A stretch of DNA of 64,000 bases from Octopus vulgaris (Eukaryota): positions 144,274,001 through 144,338,000 of the forward strand of contig OX597818.1 in the NCBI GenBank assembly GCA_951406725.2, read 5' to 3'. Below are positions 24,077 through 37,254 of this stretch, in pieces (position 1 is the first letter of the stretch; each line of letters starts with the position of its first letter). The notes beneath the pieces are model-generated. The model did no database searches. It saw only the letters and a program-made list of their open reading frames with translations, and had not been told where the DNA came from. The position numbers were made by a program, and so were the translations under genes.

Positions 24077-24124
24077 GTCTCCGATGAAGGGATATCCATA
24101 ATATCCCAGTAACAGCTGTAAGAC
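24077..24124 (+). ncRNA. Degenerate minimal hammerhead ribozyme motif in a Penelope-like repeat relic (~23975-24197)
   Basis: gtct-CCGAUGA-a-gggatat/ccata/atatccc-a-GUAAC-agct-GUA-agac: helix I gtct/agac, 7-bp helix II, palindromic helix III. Downstream ~60 bp is homologous to the 10.3-kb copy. Confidence 0.6.
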
Positions 24125-24197
24125 TATATCTATATCTTTTTCCTTATAAATGTCCTGAAAACTCACAGCCTGGGCTTTGTTATATCATTTTGTCTAA

Positions 24198-24213
24198 TAT
24201 ATACACACACACA

Positions 24214-24271
<58 letters not shown>

Positions 24272-24437
24272 TATACATATATATATGTATATACATACAT
24301 ATATATACATATGTATATACACACACACACACACTTATATATATATATATACACATATATATATATACACTATATATATATATACACACATATATATACA
24401 TACATTATATATATATATATATATATACATATATATA
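24198..24437. repeat. Compound (TA)n/(CA)n microsatellite
   Basis: Seen directly; similar tracts at 14681-14831, 16453-16542, 17897-17970 and 26875-27060. Confidence 0.95.
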
Positions 24438-24559
24438 AATCCTTAAAAATGTTTTAGCCCGAAGGCCGTGGCCATGCTGGGGCACCACCGCTGAATGAGC
24501 TACACTAATATGTGAATCCACCTCTGATACGTGGCACTTGATCAACAAGGGAGTTCGAT

Positions 24560-26545
24560 ATCATCATCATCATCATCGTCGTTTAACGTCCGTTCTCCAT
24601 GCTAGCATGGGTTGGACGGTTCGACCGGGGTTCTGGGAAGCCAGAAGGCTGCACCAGGCTCCAGTCTAATTTGGCAATGTTTCTACAGCTGGATGCCCTT
24701 CCTAACGCCAACCACTCCGTGAGTGTAGTGGGTGCTTTTTACGTGCCACCTGCACAGGTGCCAGGCGGGGCTGGCAACGGCCACGGTCAGATTGGTGTAT
24801 TTTATGTGCCACCGGCACGGAAGCCAGACGGACGGTGCTGGCATCGGCCACGAGTTGGATAGTGCTTTTTACGTACCACCAGACCAGGGATCCTGGCTGG
24901 TTCAATTCGATTTCGATTTCGCTTGCCCCAACATGTCTTCACAAGCAAAGGGGGTTGGCAAGGGTGCCTGTCATACGGTCGCATTGGAGTATTTTACGTG
25001 CCACGGCCACGAGTCGGATAGTGCTTTTTACGTACCACCAGACCAGGGATCCTGGCTGGTTCAATTCGATTTCGATTTCGCTTGCCCCAACATGTCTTCA
25101 CAAGCAAAGGAGGTTGGCATGGGTGCCTGTCGTACGGTCGCATTGGAGTATTTTACGTGCCACGGCCATGAGTCGGATAGTGCTTTTTACGTACCACCAG
25201 GCCAGGGATCCTGGCTGGTTCAATTCGGTTTCGATTTCGATTTCGCTTGCCCCAACATGTCTTCGCAAGCATGGGGGGTTGGCATGGGTGTCTGTCGTCG
25301 GATGAGGTTCTATATCGACTTCGCTTGCCTCAGCCGGTCTTTGTGTCCAAGGGAGGAAAGGCATTCATAAGTGGGCTGGGCTCACTTGTCCTGCCTGGTC
25401 TTCTCACGTACAGAATATTTCCAAAGGTCTCGGTCTCTGGTCATTTCCTCAGTGAGGCCTAAAGTTCGAAGGTCGTGCTTCACCACCTCGTCCCAGGTTT
25501 TCCTGGGTCTACCTCTCCCACGGGTTCCCTCAACTGCTAGGGATTGGCACTTTCTCACACACCTATCTTCATCCATTCTCGCCACATGACCATACCAGCG
25601 CAATCGTCTCTCTTGCACACCACAACTGATGCTTCTTAGGTACAACATTTCTCTCAAGGTGCTAACGCTCTGTCGAGTATGTACACTGACATTACACATC
25701 CATCGGAGCATACTGGCTTCATTCCTCACGAGCTTACGCATGTCCTCAGCAGTCACGGCCCATGTTTCGCTGCCATGTAGCATGGCTGTTCGTACACACG
25801 CATCATACAGTCTGCCTTTTACTCTGAGCGAGAGGCCTTTAGTCACCAGCAGAGGTAAGAGCTCCCTAAACTTTGCCCAGGCTATTCTTATTCTAGCAGT
25901 TACACTTTCAGCGCACCCACCCCCACTACTGACTTGGTCACCTAGATAACGGAAGCTATCAACTACTTCTAGTTTTTCCCCCTGGAAAGTGACGGAAGTT
26001 GTTTTCTGCAGATTTTCGGAGGTTAATGCTCCCGAGCATCTGCCACATACAAAAACTATCTTCCCAGTTAGCCTACCTTTGACATTGCTGCACCTCTTAT
26101 GTGTCCATAGCTTACACTGGGTACATCTTATAGAGTTTCTACCTACACCTTTTCTACAGATCGAGCAGGGCCATCTTCCTGAAGATATTTGTGGATTGTC
26201 TACCTTTCTACTTATTAGTACTTTGGTTTTAGCTAGGTTGACTCTAAGGCCCCTTGATTCTAAACCCTCCTTCCACACCTGGAACTTCTCCTCCAGTTCT
26301 GATAGTGACTCAGCAATAAGAGCAAGGTCATCAGCGTAGAGGAGCTCCCAGGGACAGCCTGTTTTGAATTCCTCCGTAATTGCCTGGAGTACTATGATAA
26401 ATAGGAGGGGGCTGAGTACTGAACCCTGGTGATCTTTGGCTAGGTATTTCTCCTGCAGCTGCCTTACCAGGAATATAGCATCAGTGGTACTTTTCCCTGG
26501 CACGAACCCAAACTGCATCTCATCTAAACTAACTCTCTCTCTAAT
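24560..26545 (-). mobile_element. RTE LINE copy 5, 5'-truncated, 198-bp in-frame internal deletion
   Basis: Open RT C-terminal frame to TGA 25382; junction EKYLAKD|HQGSV; ~2.8 copies of a 159-bp UTR repeat at 24846-25296; (ATG)n tail. Confidence 0.93.
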
Positions 26546-26597
26546 ATATACATTATATATACACACACACACACACACATATATATATTTCATTTCA

Positions 26598-26873
26598 TTT
26601 GAGTTTGAGTCCATGCTCAGGCCAAGTTGAAGACTCCACCCTCAGAGTCTGGTGTGGTTGCCAGGTTGTATTCTCTGTTTAATTTTGACATGTGTAGGAG
26701 CGAGTTTGAGTCAGTTTGTGCTCGTTGTGTATATCCTGGGAGATGGGGTTCATCTCTAATGGTGCTTAAGTATCTATCCAGCTGCAATTTGAATGATTCC
26801 ACACTGCATCCTGATAGATTTCTGACATGTACCGGAATGGAGTTGAATAGTTGTGCTCCTCGAACCAACAGAC
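26598..26873 (-). mobile_element. 3' fragment of a CR1/Jockey-group LINE
   Basis: RGAQLFNSIP..RNLSGCSVESFKLQLDRYLSTIRDEP resembles a typical RT C-terminus; (ACTCAA)2 tail; microsatellite flanks. Confidence 0.65.
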
Positions 26874-27060
26874 TTATACATTATATATATATATAACAGA
26901 CAATATACATTATATATATATATACACACATATATATATACATACATTATATATACACACACGTGTGTGTGTATATATATAATGTATGTATATATATATA
27001 TATGTGTGTGTGTGTGCGTGTATATACATATGTATATATATATATGTATATGTATGTATG

Positions 27061-27354
27061 CCAGTGGCATATAAAAAGCATCATTCAAGCATGGTCATTG
27101 CCAGTACCGCCTGACTGGCTCTGACTCCCATGCTGGTGGGATGTAAAAAGCACCATTCTGGCATGGTCGATGCCAATACTACTTGACTGGCCCTAGTGCC
27201 AGTGGCACGTAAAAAGCACCCACTAGATCTCAGAGTGGTTGGCATTAGGAAGGGCATCCAGCTGTAGAAACTTTGCCAAATCAGATTGGAGCCTGGTGCA
27301 GCCTTCTGGCTTGCCAGCATGGAAAGTAGACGTTAAACAACGATGATGATGATG
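27061..27354 (+). mobile_element. RTE 3'-end fragment
   Basis: UTR repeats, GGCATTAGGAAGGGCATCCAG motif and (GAT)n tail. Confidence 0.8.
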
Positions 27355-27544
27355 TTCTACAAGATTTCTAGCACTCTCCTCACCAGGATAGCTTAGAGAA
27401 GTTGCTGATTTAGTCACCAACAACCCAACCATATAACAGGTTGTACTAGATTACATATTACCAATAGCATTTATATACATGTACCTACATACATTTGTAT
27501 CTCTGTGTGTGAACTGGATGGAAATATATATATATATATATAAT

Positions 27545-29400
27545 GCTCTTACAACTACTCTACTTTGCATTTGTTGATCCGGGACCTTTGACAAGGTACG
27601 ACACTCTGTAATTTGTTAGGCACTAAGGAACTAGGCTTACATGAACTGCTTGTAAGAAGTAAGTGAAAAATGGGTTAACAAGGAGTTTTGAGTTATGTAG
27701 TGAGTCCAGGAATGAATGTAATGTACAGGTCAGTGTTCTGCAGTACTCAATCAAGCTCTTTGTTATAGTTCCTGAGACAAACATTAAGTGGTTGTCATTG
27801 GTGAGTTTTGTATGTTGGTGATATGATTTTCATTGCAGAATCTGATGAAGTGATTCCAAATCAAGAAGCACACTCAAATACCATTCTTTTTTAAAGTTAA
27901 TTAGAGGATGAGAAGTGGTACCTCTAAGCACCTCCCAAATTTGTGACAATGTTTAAATATCTGTAATTGAAACGTAGCCCGTGAGACGATTCCAGAAGGT
28001 ATCAGTGGATAAGAGTGATTGAGCAAAGTGCTTAATGCAGGACCTGGAAGGTGAAACAGTTAGAGTGACAAGAAGAGAGTGTTGGGTGACCCTGGGTGAA
28101 AATAAATGCAGCTAGGTAGTTCACATGATCAGAAATTACTCTTGTAGTGTGGAAGCAGCAGAGTATACAAACAATATAACTATGAGCAAATTGTCATCAC
28201 AGAATTTGGTAAATGAATTTTTATCAATCAACCAATTGAATTTTGAATGTGATCTATATGTCTTCATATATAACAGCAGTACCATCTCCACCTAAACTGA
28301 AGGTGATAATGCTGAAGATCGAAGTGCAAATTCGTAGCAGGGAGCACAATACCCCAGTACTATAAGTTGATATGTAAGAAGAGAATTTGTAGAAACTTCA
28401 TGTAATATACTCAATACAAAATTGATACATAAAAGCTAGACACATCTCTGGCAGGCCAGTGAAGAAGCAGGATTTCAAATGTGATATATATGCAGTAATT
28501 ATATCACCAGGAGCTCACTAGACATAGACGGTTTAATAAAAAGTTACTAAAGTTCAGCACACTATAGTAATTAAAGTAAATTATTTGCTCTGGATGGTGA
28601 ATTACTGTTGTTAAAGGGAAAAAAATGCTGCTCCAATGATTTTTCTTTTAAAGATGGTCCTCAAGTATTGCTATAAGGAGGAACTGGGAATGTAATGTAT
28701 ACCTGAAGAAGATAACAGTAGGAATCACTAGAATGGAGCATGGAGGTCTCAAGTGTTGGGAATATTAGATTGATTTAGGATCTCACCTCAGCAAGAGTGA
28801 ACATTGAAATCTATGAGCTAAAGTTAGTAGCCAGAGATTCCCATACAATCACCTTTGGAGATAAGAGAGTCTCTCCATATATTCATTTACTTCAGAGATG
28901 TCTTCAGTATACTGTTACACATTGAAACACTCCATCTTTGACACTACCAAAATTCTTAGCATCCATCACAATGTTATCCTGAAGTATCTTACTAGACATC
29001 ATATTCTTACATTCCTTCTTTCCAGAAAACTGGTCAGTTACTTCTTGCTGAAAAGGGAATGATGATAAATTATTTTTAAAATCATACTGATATAAGTTGG
29101 AATACCGTGAATGAAGGAAGTATACGCTTGCCATTTCCTACAAAATAAATGTTTATTCTAGCTCAACATGGAGTTCAAGGTGTATCTGCCTACTACTTTT
29201 CCGCCCCCACTCTAATCTGACTTTTGTATTTTCTTACAGCAATGTATCTTTGCTCCATTCACACATTTTCAGTAGCATCTGTTCAGTAAGTTACCATTTC
29301 AGATGGAGACTTAGTTTTTCACATTATTGTCGAATGTCTAGTGAAGAAACAGCCAATCTCTACTACTGATGACTGATATATACTCTTCTTCCTAATTGAA
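27545..29400. mobile_element. Old, heavily decayed LINE RT fragments on both strands
   Basis: Traces such as FDKVRHS and LYVGDMIFIAES (+) and GSVKDGVFQ (-), broken by many stops and frameshifts. Confidence 0.35.
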
Positions 29401-32400
29401 CTTTATTGTAATTTTAAGGAATGCACAGCCAAACAGTTTTATTAATATAGCATAGTTTTTATCTAGTAATTACTTTAGAATATTGTATTCATTTGTCTGA
29501 TGAAACAGACAGCAATCAAGTAGATCTAGTATCAGACTCTCAGCTCATAAGATATTGGTTCATATTGCATCATATGCATAGATCAAATAGATTTTAATAG
29601 AAATACTGCAAGAGAGAGAGAGACCAAATGTGAAATTCCAAATTAGGTTAAAATCTATTGACAAGGGCATCCAGCCAGAGAAACCATACCAAAACAGGCA
29701 ATTGGAGCCTGGTGTGCAGGTCTTCAGTTTGCCAACACGGAAAACAGATAATGATGAGATTGTTTACTACTTTGGATTGTAATTTGCAAGAGATCTTCCA
29801 ATATTCAAGTTTATGTATCTGCACACTTTGAAGATTCATAGGCAAATCATTTTCTACTGAACACTGACATTATAAAAATAACAATGAAATGGTACTGGTT
29901 TCCAACTAACCAACAGAGTGACATATCTGTATCAGCAATATCAGAGGCATAATTTCAACTCATAACTATTTGTTTATCAACGACCATGCCATATGAAATA
30001 TCAATGCAAGGCATGAGTATTAGTTCATACACTTTATTTAGAAAGGTACAGAATGTTCAAAAATGAAAATAAGGTATTTTATTAATTAAAAAAATAAAAA
30101 TATAATCCAAAAACATTAATTCAAATATTGGCAAAGAAAAAAAAAAGGACATTAAACTTAAAAGCAACTCAAGATTAAAGTTCAATGCAAAAAATATATC
30201 ATAGGACAGACAGCATATTTGATTATTTGAAGACATAATATGGATTTTAAATTTTGGCCCAAGGTCAGTAATTTAGGGAGAGGGAGTAAGTCAGTTACAT
30301 CGACACTAGTGTTCAACTGGTACTTATTATATCGACCCCAGCAGAAATTTGAAGACATAATATGGAACAACATACTGCTGGGTATCTTAAAACAATTTGG
30401 TGTGGGAGGGGGCAATTTTTCATGATTGGTATGAAGTATATAAGATGGCTATGATAGACCTGTAGTATAGCAAAACTTTAACACTGAACACTTGTAGCAC
30501 AGCAGCAAAGTTGTAACAGCAAAGGAAAACAAAAAATTCTTTTTTGATGAAAATAATCAATTGTGCCACCCATCCTATGATATATGATGTTAACAGTAAA
30601 AAAAAAGTGTGAGGACAAAATAACATTTTCTAAAATAACTTGGTAACTCTTTAACTACAAAGAATATATCACAATAGTAGTATTTGAGTTTGATTATATT
30701 ATTACAAAACTGAACCAACAAATGACTAATTCAACATACATCTTTAATTTTCTTTTTCACTCATAACCATATATATGTACATGCACGCACATATAACCAT
30801 CCATTCATGTACATGCACACACAATAATATACAAAGGAATATAAAAATATGCACTATTGTTCATAATTACAAGGTGAGCAGATTAGAGCAAATAATGAGC
30901 AGGTGACTTCATTAAGGCAATTAGAAACAGCATGAACAGTAGAACACCACATGAAGTCCAACTTAGGTCCTTGTGTTGAAGTAATTTATTAGTTTTGAAT
31001 TTTTAAGCTGTTTTGATGGTTATTTATAGATTGTAGCAGAAAAACGTTGCTTTATTCTTGAATTCACTGGAAACCAAGAAAGTATTCAAGCATGATAATT
31101 TTGATTTTCTTCAACCAAACACCTAAATGAGACATCGTTACAGAAAAGATTTGTAATAAATCTCTACTTGTAGGTAAAGATACGGCCCTTTGGTTCACTG
31201 TGCATTGTGTTAATACTTTAAGAAATGTCTTTACTGCAACCTGTGCGGTTGATCATTGCCCTGTGAGTGGATCTTACTATATAGAAACTATGTGGAAGCC
31301 CAATACATGTATGTGTGTGTTGATGGTGTTGCAACCCTTTATGTCAAAAGGTAACTCAGCAATTCAATAAAATAAGCATATGACTGAAAAACTGAAACTA
31401 GTAATAAAGTAAAAGAATATTTAAACTCATCAGCATCTACCACCACCACCAGGAGGATGCATTGTGTATCTTTATTTTCGATTTACTGAGTAAGTCTCTG
31501 AATAAATGTGATTCAATAATACTAGTGGTGTGTCATGTTCATCATCAAAATGCTTGCTGTTGCCAATTGTAAATCTGAAGTCACAAATCACAAGCCAAGT
31601 ATCTTACTCCTCTCAAGTCATTTCACTATTGAAATTTAAACTGATAGTTAACCATTTACATATTAACCGTTTATTGTGGAAGAAAAGGGAAATGAACAAA
31701 AGAAGCCTATGAGTGTATTAACTCTTCTGAAATTAAATTTGCTGACAGAATTGTCAACAGTGCAATAATAAACATTAAAAAAAAATTTGAATCAATATAT
31801 TACAAAGATGCATGCAATTATTTAGTTAATTTCAGTTTACAAATGAATAAGAAATTAGTAGCAATAATGAAAGAAAAAAAATTAAATTTTAACATTGGTA
31901 ATTTAAAAACTTCAGCCCCACATAGGTCTGGTTTCCATGTTTTAGTCATGTTGTCGGACAAAGTAACACTTTGGCCATTAATAAAAATTATACACTCAAA
32001 ATATAAAGAAGGAGAAAAGCTATGAAAGGAAAAACACAAAAGCAAAAAGAAATAAAAGATTTGTATTTTAATCTCAAAAATATGATATCTGGTTTATTCA
32101 CACTGAGCTGAATATGAGAGAAAAAAAGTTCAAGAGATCAATAAGTGTAGAAAATATTAAACACTTAAAAAAACAGATTGAAAAATTTGAAAAAAGAAAT
32201 AAAAATGTAGATGAAAATAAAATGTATGTATGTATATGTAAAAAGTAAAATTAGAAAAGAACCAGAAATGGTAATAAAGTACAAATGGTTTGAAAAATTA
32301 AAGTGGTAACCATAAAACAAAATAGAAAAGTAAAAAATATTCAGATGTTTGGCCAATAAGTTTTTAAAATAAACTGTAAATAAATAAATTGCAAAATACC

Positions 32401-34597
32401 CCCGACAATCTCAATGAGAATAACAATGGCAAAATTTTTAACATCAATGGTAAAAACATTAGCAAAGATCCTCAGGTAATAATAAATACAAACATCCCCT
32501 GCATTATAGAAGTGCCTACTCCAATATTTTGCTGTTAGCATGAAATAAATTTTCAAATGACTTTGCTTTCAGAGTAACATGGAAGTCTATGGCAAAATAG
32601 GTTTCATGTTACAGAACACCACATTAGTGAGATTTCCAGGAACACGACACTTCTATAATGTAGAGGAAGGCTGCCTGTATATATTTGTATGCATGTGTAC
32701 GTGTGGTTATGTATGAGCCATAACTTGGTTCATACAGCCACTACAAAACCACTAATCTTTTGAGTAGTGCATCTAAAGCAAGCCAACTTGACAGAACCCA
32801 TTCCATTTCCAACAGGTCATTCCCATACAGTGTACAGTGTTTACAGAGTATACTGTAACTGTACATTTTGTGTGTGTGTATACACATACACACACAATGA
32901 GTATGGCATATTTGAAACTTAAGTGTATTAGGTTATAGAAATTGCAGCTCACTAGTAATGTGATATAACCTGTAACCCTTTCATTTGCAATGTGAATCTA
33001 TCAACTTGTGTACTTACACACATTAGCACAAAATTAAAAATTGTTCAAAGTGCTGAGGAAATAATCCACCTCCCACCCTCCAAAGACCTATCCCCACTTA
33101 TAATTCTTCACTCATGATAGAGGGAGCAGTAAAATATCCCCATCATACAATTGTATGACACATACCCAACTCAAAATATTAAATTCTCAAAATTTACAAA
33201 ATAATGTATAAATAAATGTGCTCTGACGGTAAACAGGTGATTTTCCAACTGAACCAAGGAAGCTACATCTCCATTGGTCTTTCTTTACATTGTTGATACT
33301 ATCTGTTAGTTGACACTAACCAGTCTGTCAATCCACTAACCTGGACTGGTACTTTATTAATACTAAAAGTACAAAGAGCAAAGTTGACAGATAGATTTGA
33401 AGTCAACAGAGAGTTATAATAAAGGCAATGTTCTAATGACCCTACCATTTCACTTACTGTGAAGATAGTAAAACTAAAAACATTTCATCACATAACACTG
33501 GGAAATCATACAGATAGTAATAAATTCTAGTTACTGTAGTTCTAACTGGATTTGACAAATCTTTACCCATACTCTAGACAAAATATTTTGTTTTGTATGA
33601 CTTTCCCTGATTACCCAACAGCTAGGTGAACTGAAGCAGTGTAGAATAAGGTGTCTTGTCCCAAACACTATGAAAGATTTGCAGCAGATTTTAACTCACA
33701 AACTATAGGGAAGTAATCCAATACTTAATCTACTTAGCAATTTCACCTCTCTGCTAGCATTTGAAGTTAAGAAAAAAAGATTTTAAAAAAAGAAAAAAAG
33801 ACACCTTAATCTGAACAAAATATATTTCTTTATACTTTTTTTTCTTAACTGTTTCATATCAATAGAGACTGAGTATCTACATATTTAATGAGAATTATCA
33901 TAATTACCATAATTAAAGAACAACAAAACCATAACAAACAAAAAAATTGTAGTAGGGAACTGTAAATTAGAAATCAAATGAATGCCATCAAAATGTAGTG
34001 AGGAAAAAAAAAAAAAAACATTATTTCAGTGATTAATATTATTCTAATGTCAATAAGAATCTTTTATTAGGTATGAAGCGATAGTAATGCGCAGGAAGAA
34101 ATGCTGAGGTGTTCAAAAGTGAACGCCATGCAATGGAAACACATTTCCTTCTGGAAGACAGTCAGTTGAATATATATGAGAGAAGAACCTAGCAGAACTT
34201 GAAATGAGTAGAGCAAGCCAAGGCGGCAGTATTGCAGCCTATTATAGCAGTGAACTACATTTACCTACATACCCACTTAGCATTAGATGAATTTGGTCAT
34301 CAAGTGTTAATTGTATGTTGGTTATGAACGCAACACAGGTGAAAGGTCATGACCCACAACTCTTCTGGCAAGTTGTCCATTAACTCTGCCTTTCAATGCT
34401 TTCTAATTATAATACAAGAAGAAGGACAGATTGAACATTGTATTTACTAAAGCTCAACCAAAATGAAAAAGAAAAAGCCTAATTAAAGCCTGTAACCTAC
34501 ATATAGTTATATAGCTGATATATTTTTAGTTTTTTTCACACACACGTTTATTATTAATTTTGCAAGATTCTTAATGTGAAATTGTGTATTGAAAGAA

Positions 34598-34766
34598 ATA
34601 TTGTTATATTTGGGGATAGTCATCTTTTCCCAATAAAAACACTATATACTTGACCACATGTGATGAAAGAAACTAATAATAATGATAATAAAGTTAAAGT
34701 GAAGATCAAATATATAATGCAGGTGTTTTATTGACAAAAGATGAACATCCCCAAATATAACAATAT
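34598..34766. repeat. ~45-bp imperfect inverted repeat with ~80-bp spacer
   Basis: ATATTGTTATATTTGGGGATAGTCATCTTTT...AACAC versus its reverse complement at 34723-34766. Confidence 0.8.
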
Positions 34767-36208
34767 ATATATATGTACAAATATACAGAGAGACAGACAG
34801 ACAGACAGATAGATATCTTTAACAGACTGAAATGTGTGTGAGACTAAATTTGCCCTCCTGAATGCTGCCATAAATTTAATTATTATGACCATTTTTTTTT
34901 TTTACTGATATACAGTAACAAACATTTATTATACATGAAAACAATGCAAAGGGAAGCAGAATTTCACAATGAAGATGTTATATTATATCCCTAATACAAT
35001 ATACCAATTCTAAAAGTTTAAATCAACCATTACTTATATAAGCAAACCCCATTCTATTTCTGAAAATAATCTGAATTTCCACCAGCCATTGTTTTAAGCC
35101 TCTTAAAATTTCGATTTTTCAGTGCAATATTAACTGTAGACTGTGTCACTAAGTAATTTTTAGGAAATTAGGATGGTATATTTAACAAAGCAATTCTTGT
35201 TGGCATAAAACCAGATGATTTCCTTTCAGGTTGATGTTAATCGAGTGCCCAAAATAATGTACGTAAAACAATAAGAGACAAGATAGAAATTTACAAATTC
35301 CACATTTCAATAAAAAAAGAAAAAAAAGTAGCTAATGAACTCATCAATAATCTAAAAATAAAATACAACTAATTGGTCAAGAGAAAGAAAAGAAACTAAA
35401 AAATAAGGAAAGTATATTTGTAACAGTGTTCCCATTAACATTTTTAGTAACACACAGCTACTCCATTGCAAAAAATATTTTTATCCTTTCTACAGAGTAG
35501 ATTGGTCACTATCCCTACTATAGCTTTAAAAGTCAGTTCTGACAATTATCATTTTATTATGGTAAACACTGTATATATGACTCATGAAACAATTTCTACA
35601 ATTTAAAAATTTATTACATATTAATAGTTTTACTCTATATTTTGACATCCACCCTTACAGTACTCTGAGGTTTCCTAATTAGAGAAACAGAACATGAATT
35701 GAAAAATAACCATAAAATAATTTTTAAAAATAAATACAAATAGAAGTTTTAAAAATCTGTAGAACACTATGATTTAATTGGGTACAATTGAAGCTGAAAC
35801 TTCAAGAGTATTTAAGTTGTAATATATATATATATACATATACATATATATATATATATATATATATGATTGAAATGCATATTGAGATCATTGCAATCAT
35901 TTCTTTTTTCTTTTTCTGCTACTTCTTACAAAATTAAAAAAGAAAATTTACAAAATGAAAATAGTAAAAAACTTTAAAGAAAATTCAAGTAAAAAATCTA
36001 CATATAAAACAAATATAAATGAAATAACTGAATAACAGCAAAGATGCCTTTTTTTCTTTTTTTTTACAAAATATACAGTTACGTCAACAGTTTACTTTTT
36101 TCTGATTCCTTTCCTGTTGTTATTGGTGCAGTTATTTTCAAAATTAGGAAGAAAATGAATTAAAAAAAAAAAAAGAAAAAGAAACTCGAAGTTTGTATTT
36201 TTAATCTT

Positions 36209-36330
36209 CTACTCTTCCTCCTCCTCCTCCAACTGGCTCCAAGCTTCTTCAGCCAAAGCATAATAATGACAAGCCATTCTACCATTCATTGCTTCTGTTG
36301 CCGCATCAGCTGCTTCAGTGTATAAGTCCC
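36209..36330 (-). CDS. EEF2K: eEF2K last coding exon (11)
   Basis: AG|GG GAC: (G)DLYTEAADAATEAMNGRMACHYYALAEEAWSQLEEEEEE*, matching the eEF2K C-terminus (AEEAW). Confidence 0.92.
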
Positions 36331-37075
36331 CTACAAGTAGTAAGAAAGAGAACAGTGACAGGTAGAGTGATATTAAATATCAAAATAGTAAATTCAAAGA
36401 GATTTAAAAAGGGGACAGAAACAAAAAAAAAAAAATGAATTAATGTGCATCTCATCATTTGCATCAGCTTACATTTGCTTTCTAAACTTGCGTGGGTTGG
36501 ATGAATTATTACTTCTCTCCTATTTGGGACGAAAGGCTGTTTCTCACTTGAACATTTCATTTTGGCTTGATTTTTACAGCTGGATGCCCTTTCTAATATC
36601 AACCACTTTGCTGAATACAAAGTGTGCATTTTATTATGGCACCAGCATCAGAGTGGTCATCATCTCTTCAACAAAACTTAAGGGTCCTCACAACCTCAAT
36701 ACTTTACATAGCGTACTGGGAGCCTTTTATCATGACAACATCACTGCTTACCAACCACTTTATGGAATAGGTTTGCAGAGCATAAATATTAGTGAAGATA
36801 CAGAAAATTTAAGGCAATATAAATAACCACAACTAAAAATGTCTGCAGATAAAATTCATCTTAAATACAAGCCTAAGGTATTTAGTGGAGAGGAAAGAGA
36901 GCATTGTGGTGTTAATGGTTTTGTTTTTTTGACAAAGGGTTCAGGAGAATTAACATGAGACTTGATGTTCAATTCCCCATCTGAATTTAATATCAAGTTT
37001 CATACTTAACTCACTTGAGTTTACTCATACGCAACAATGTTGCTAATACTGTTAAATAGTGACAATATAAATTAC

Positions 37076-37254
37076 CTGCTTTCTGAGGGTCTTTCTCAAC
37101 ACCAAAACCTCCAATGTTGTAGATGTTTGCTTGTGCAGCAAGTAACAAATGCAAAGGGCTATGCATTGTAGAATCAAACATTTCAGAAGTATCATTCATT
37201 AAACTGTGGATGGCTTTATCATACCAGTCTATTGCTTTTTCCCATGACCTGGTC
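37076..37254 (-). CDS. EEF2K: eEF2K coding exon 10 (SEL1-like repeats)
   Basis: TRSWEKAIDWYDKAI...GGFGVEKDPQKA; 179 nt, phase 2 in and phase 1 out; AG/GT flanks. Confidence 0.92.

Noticed and set aside
28904-29134. 76-aa ORF preceded by an acceptor-like sequence
   Set aside because: Resembles decayed RT sequence and links to neither gene.
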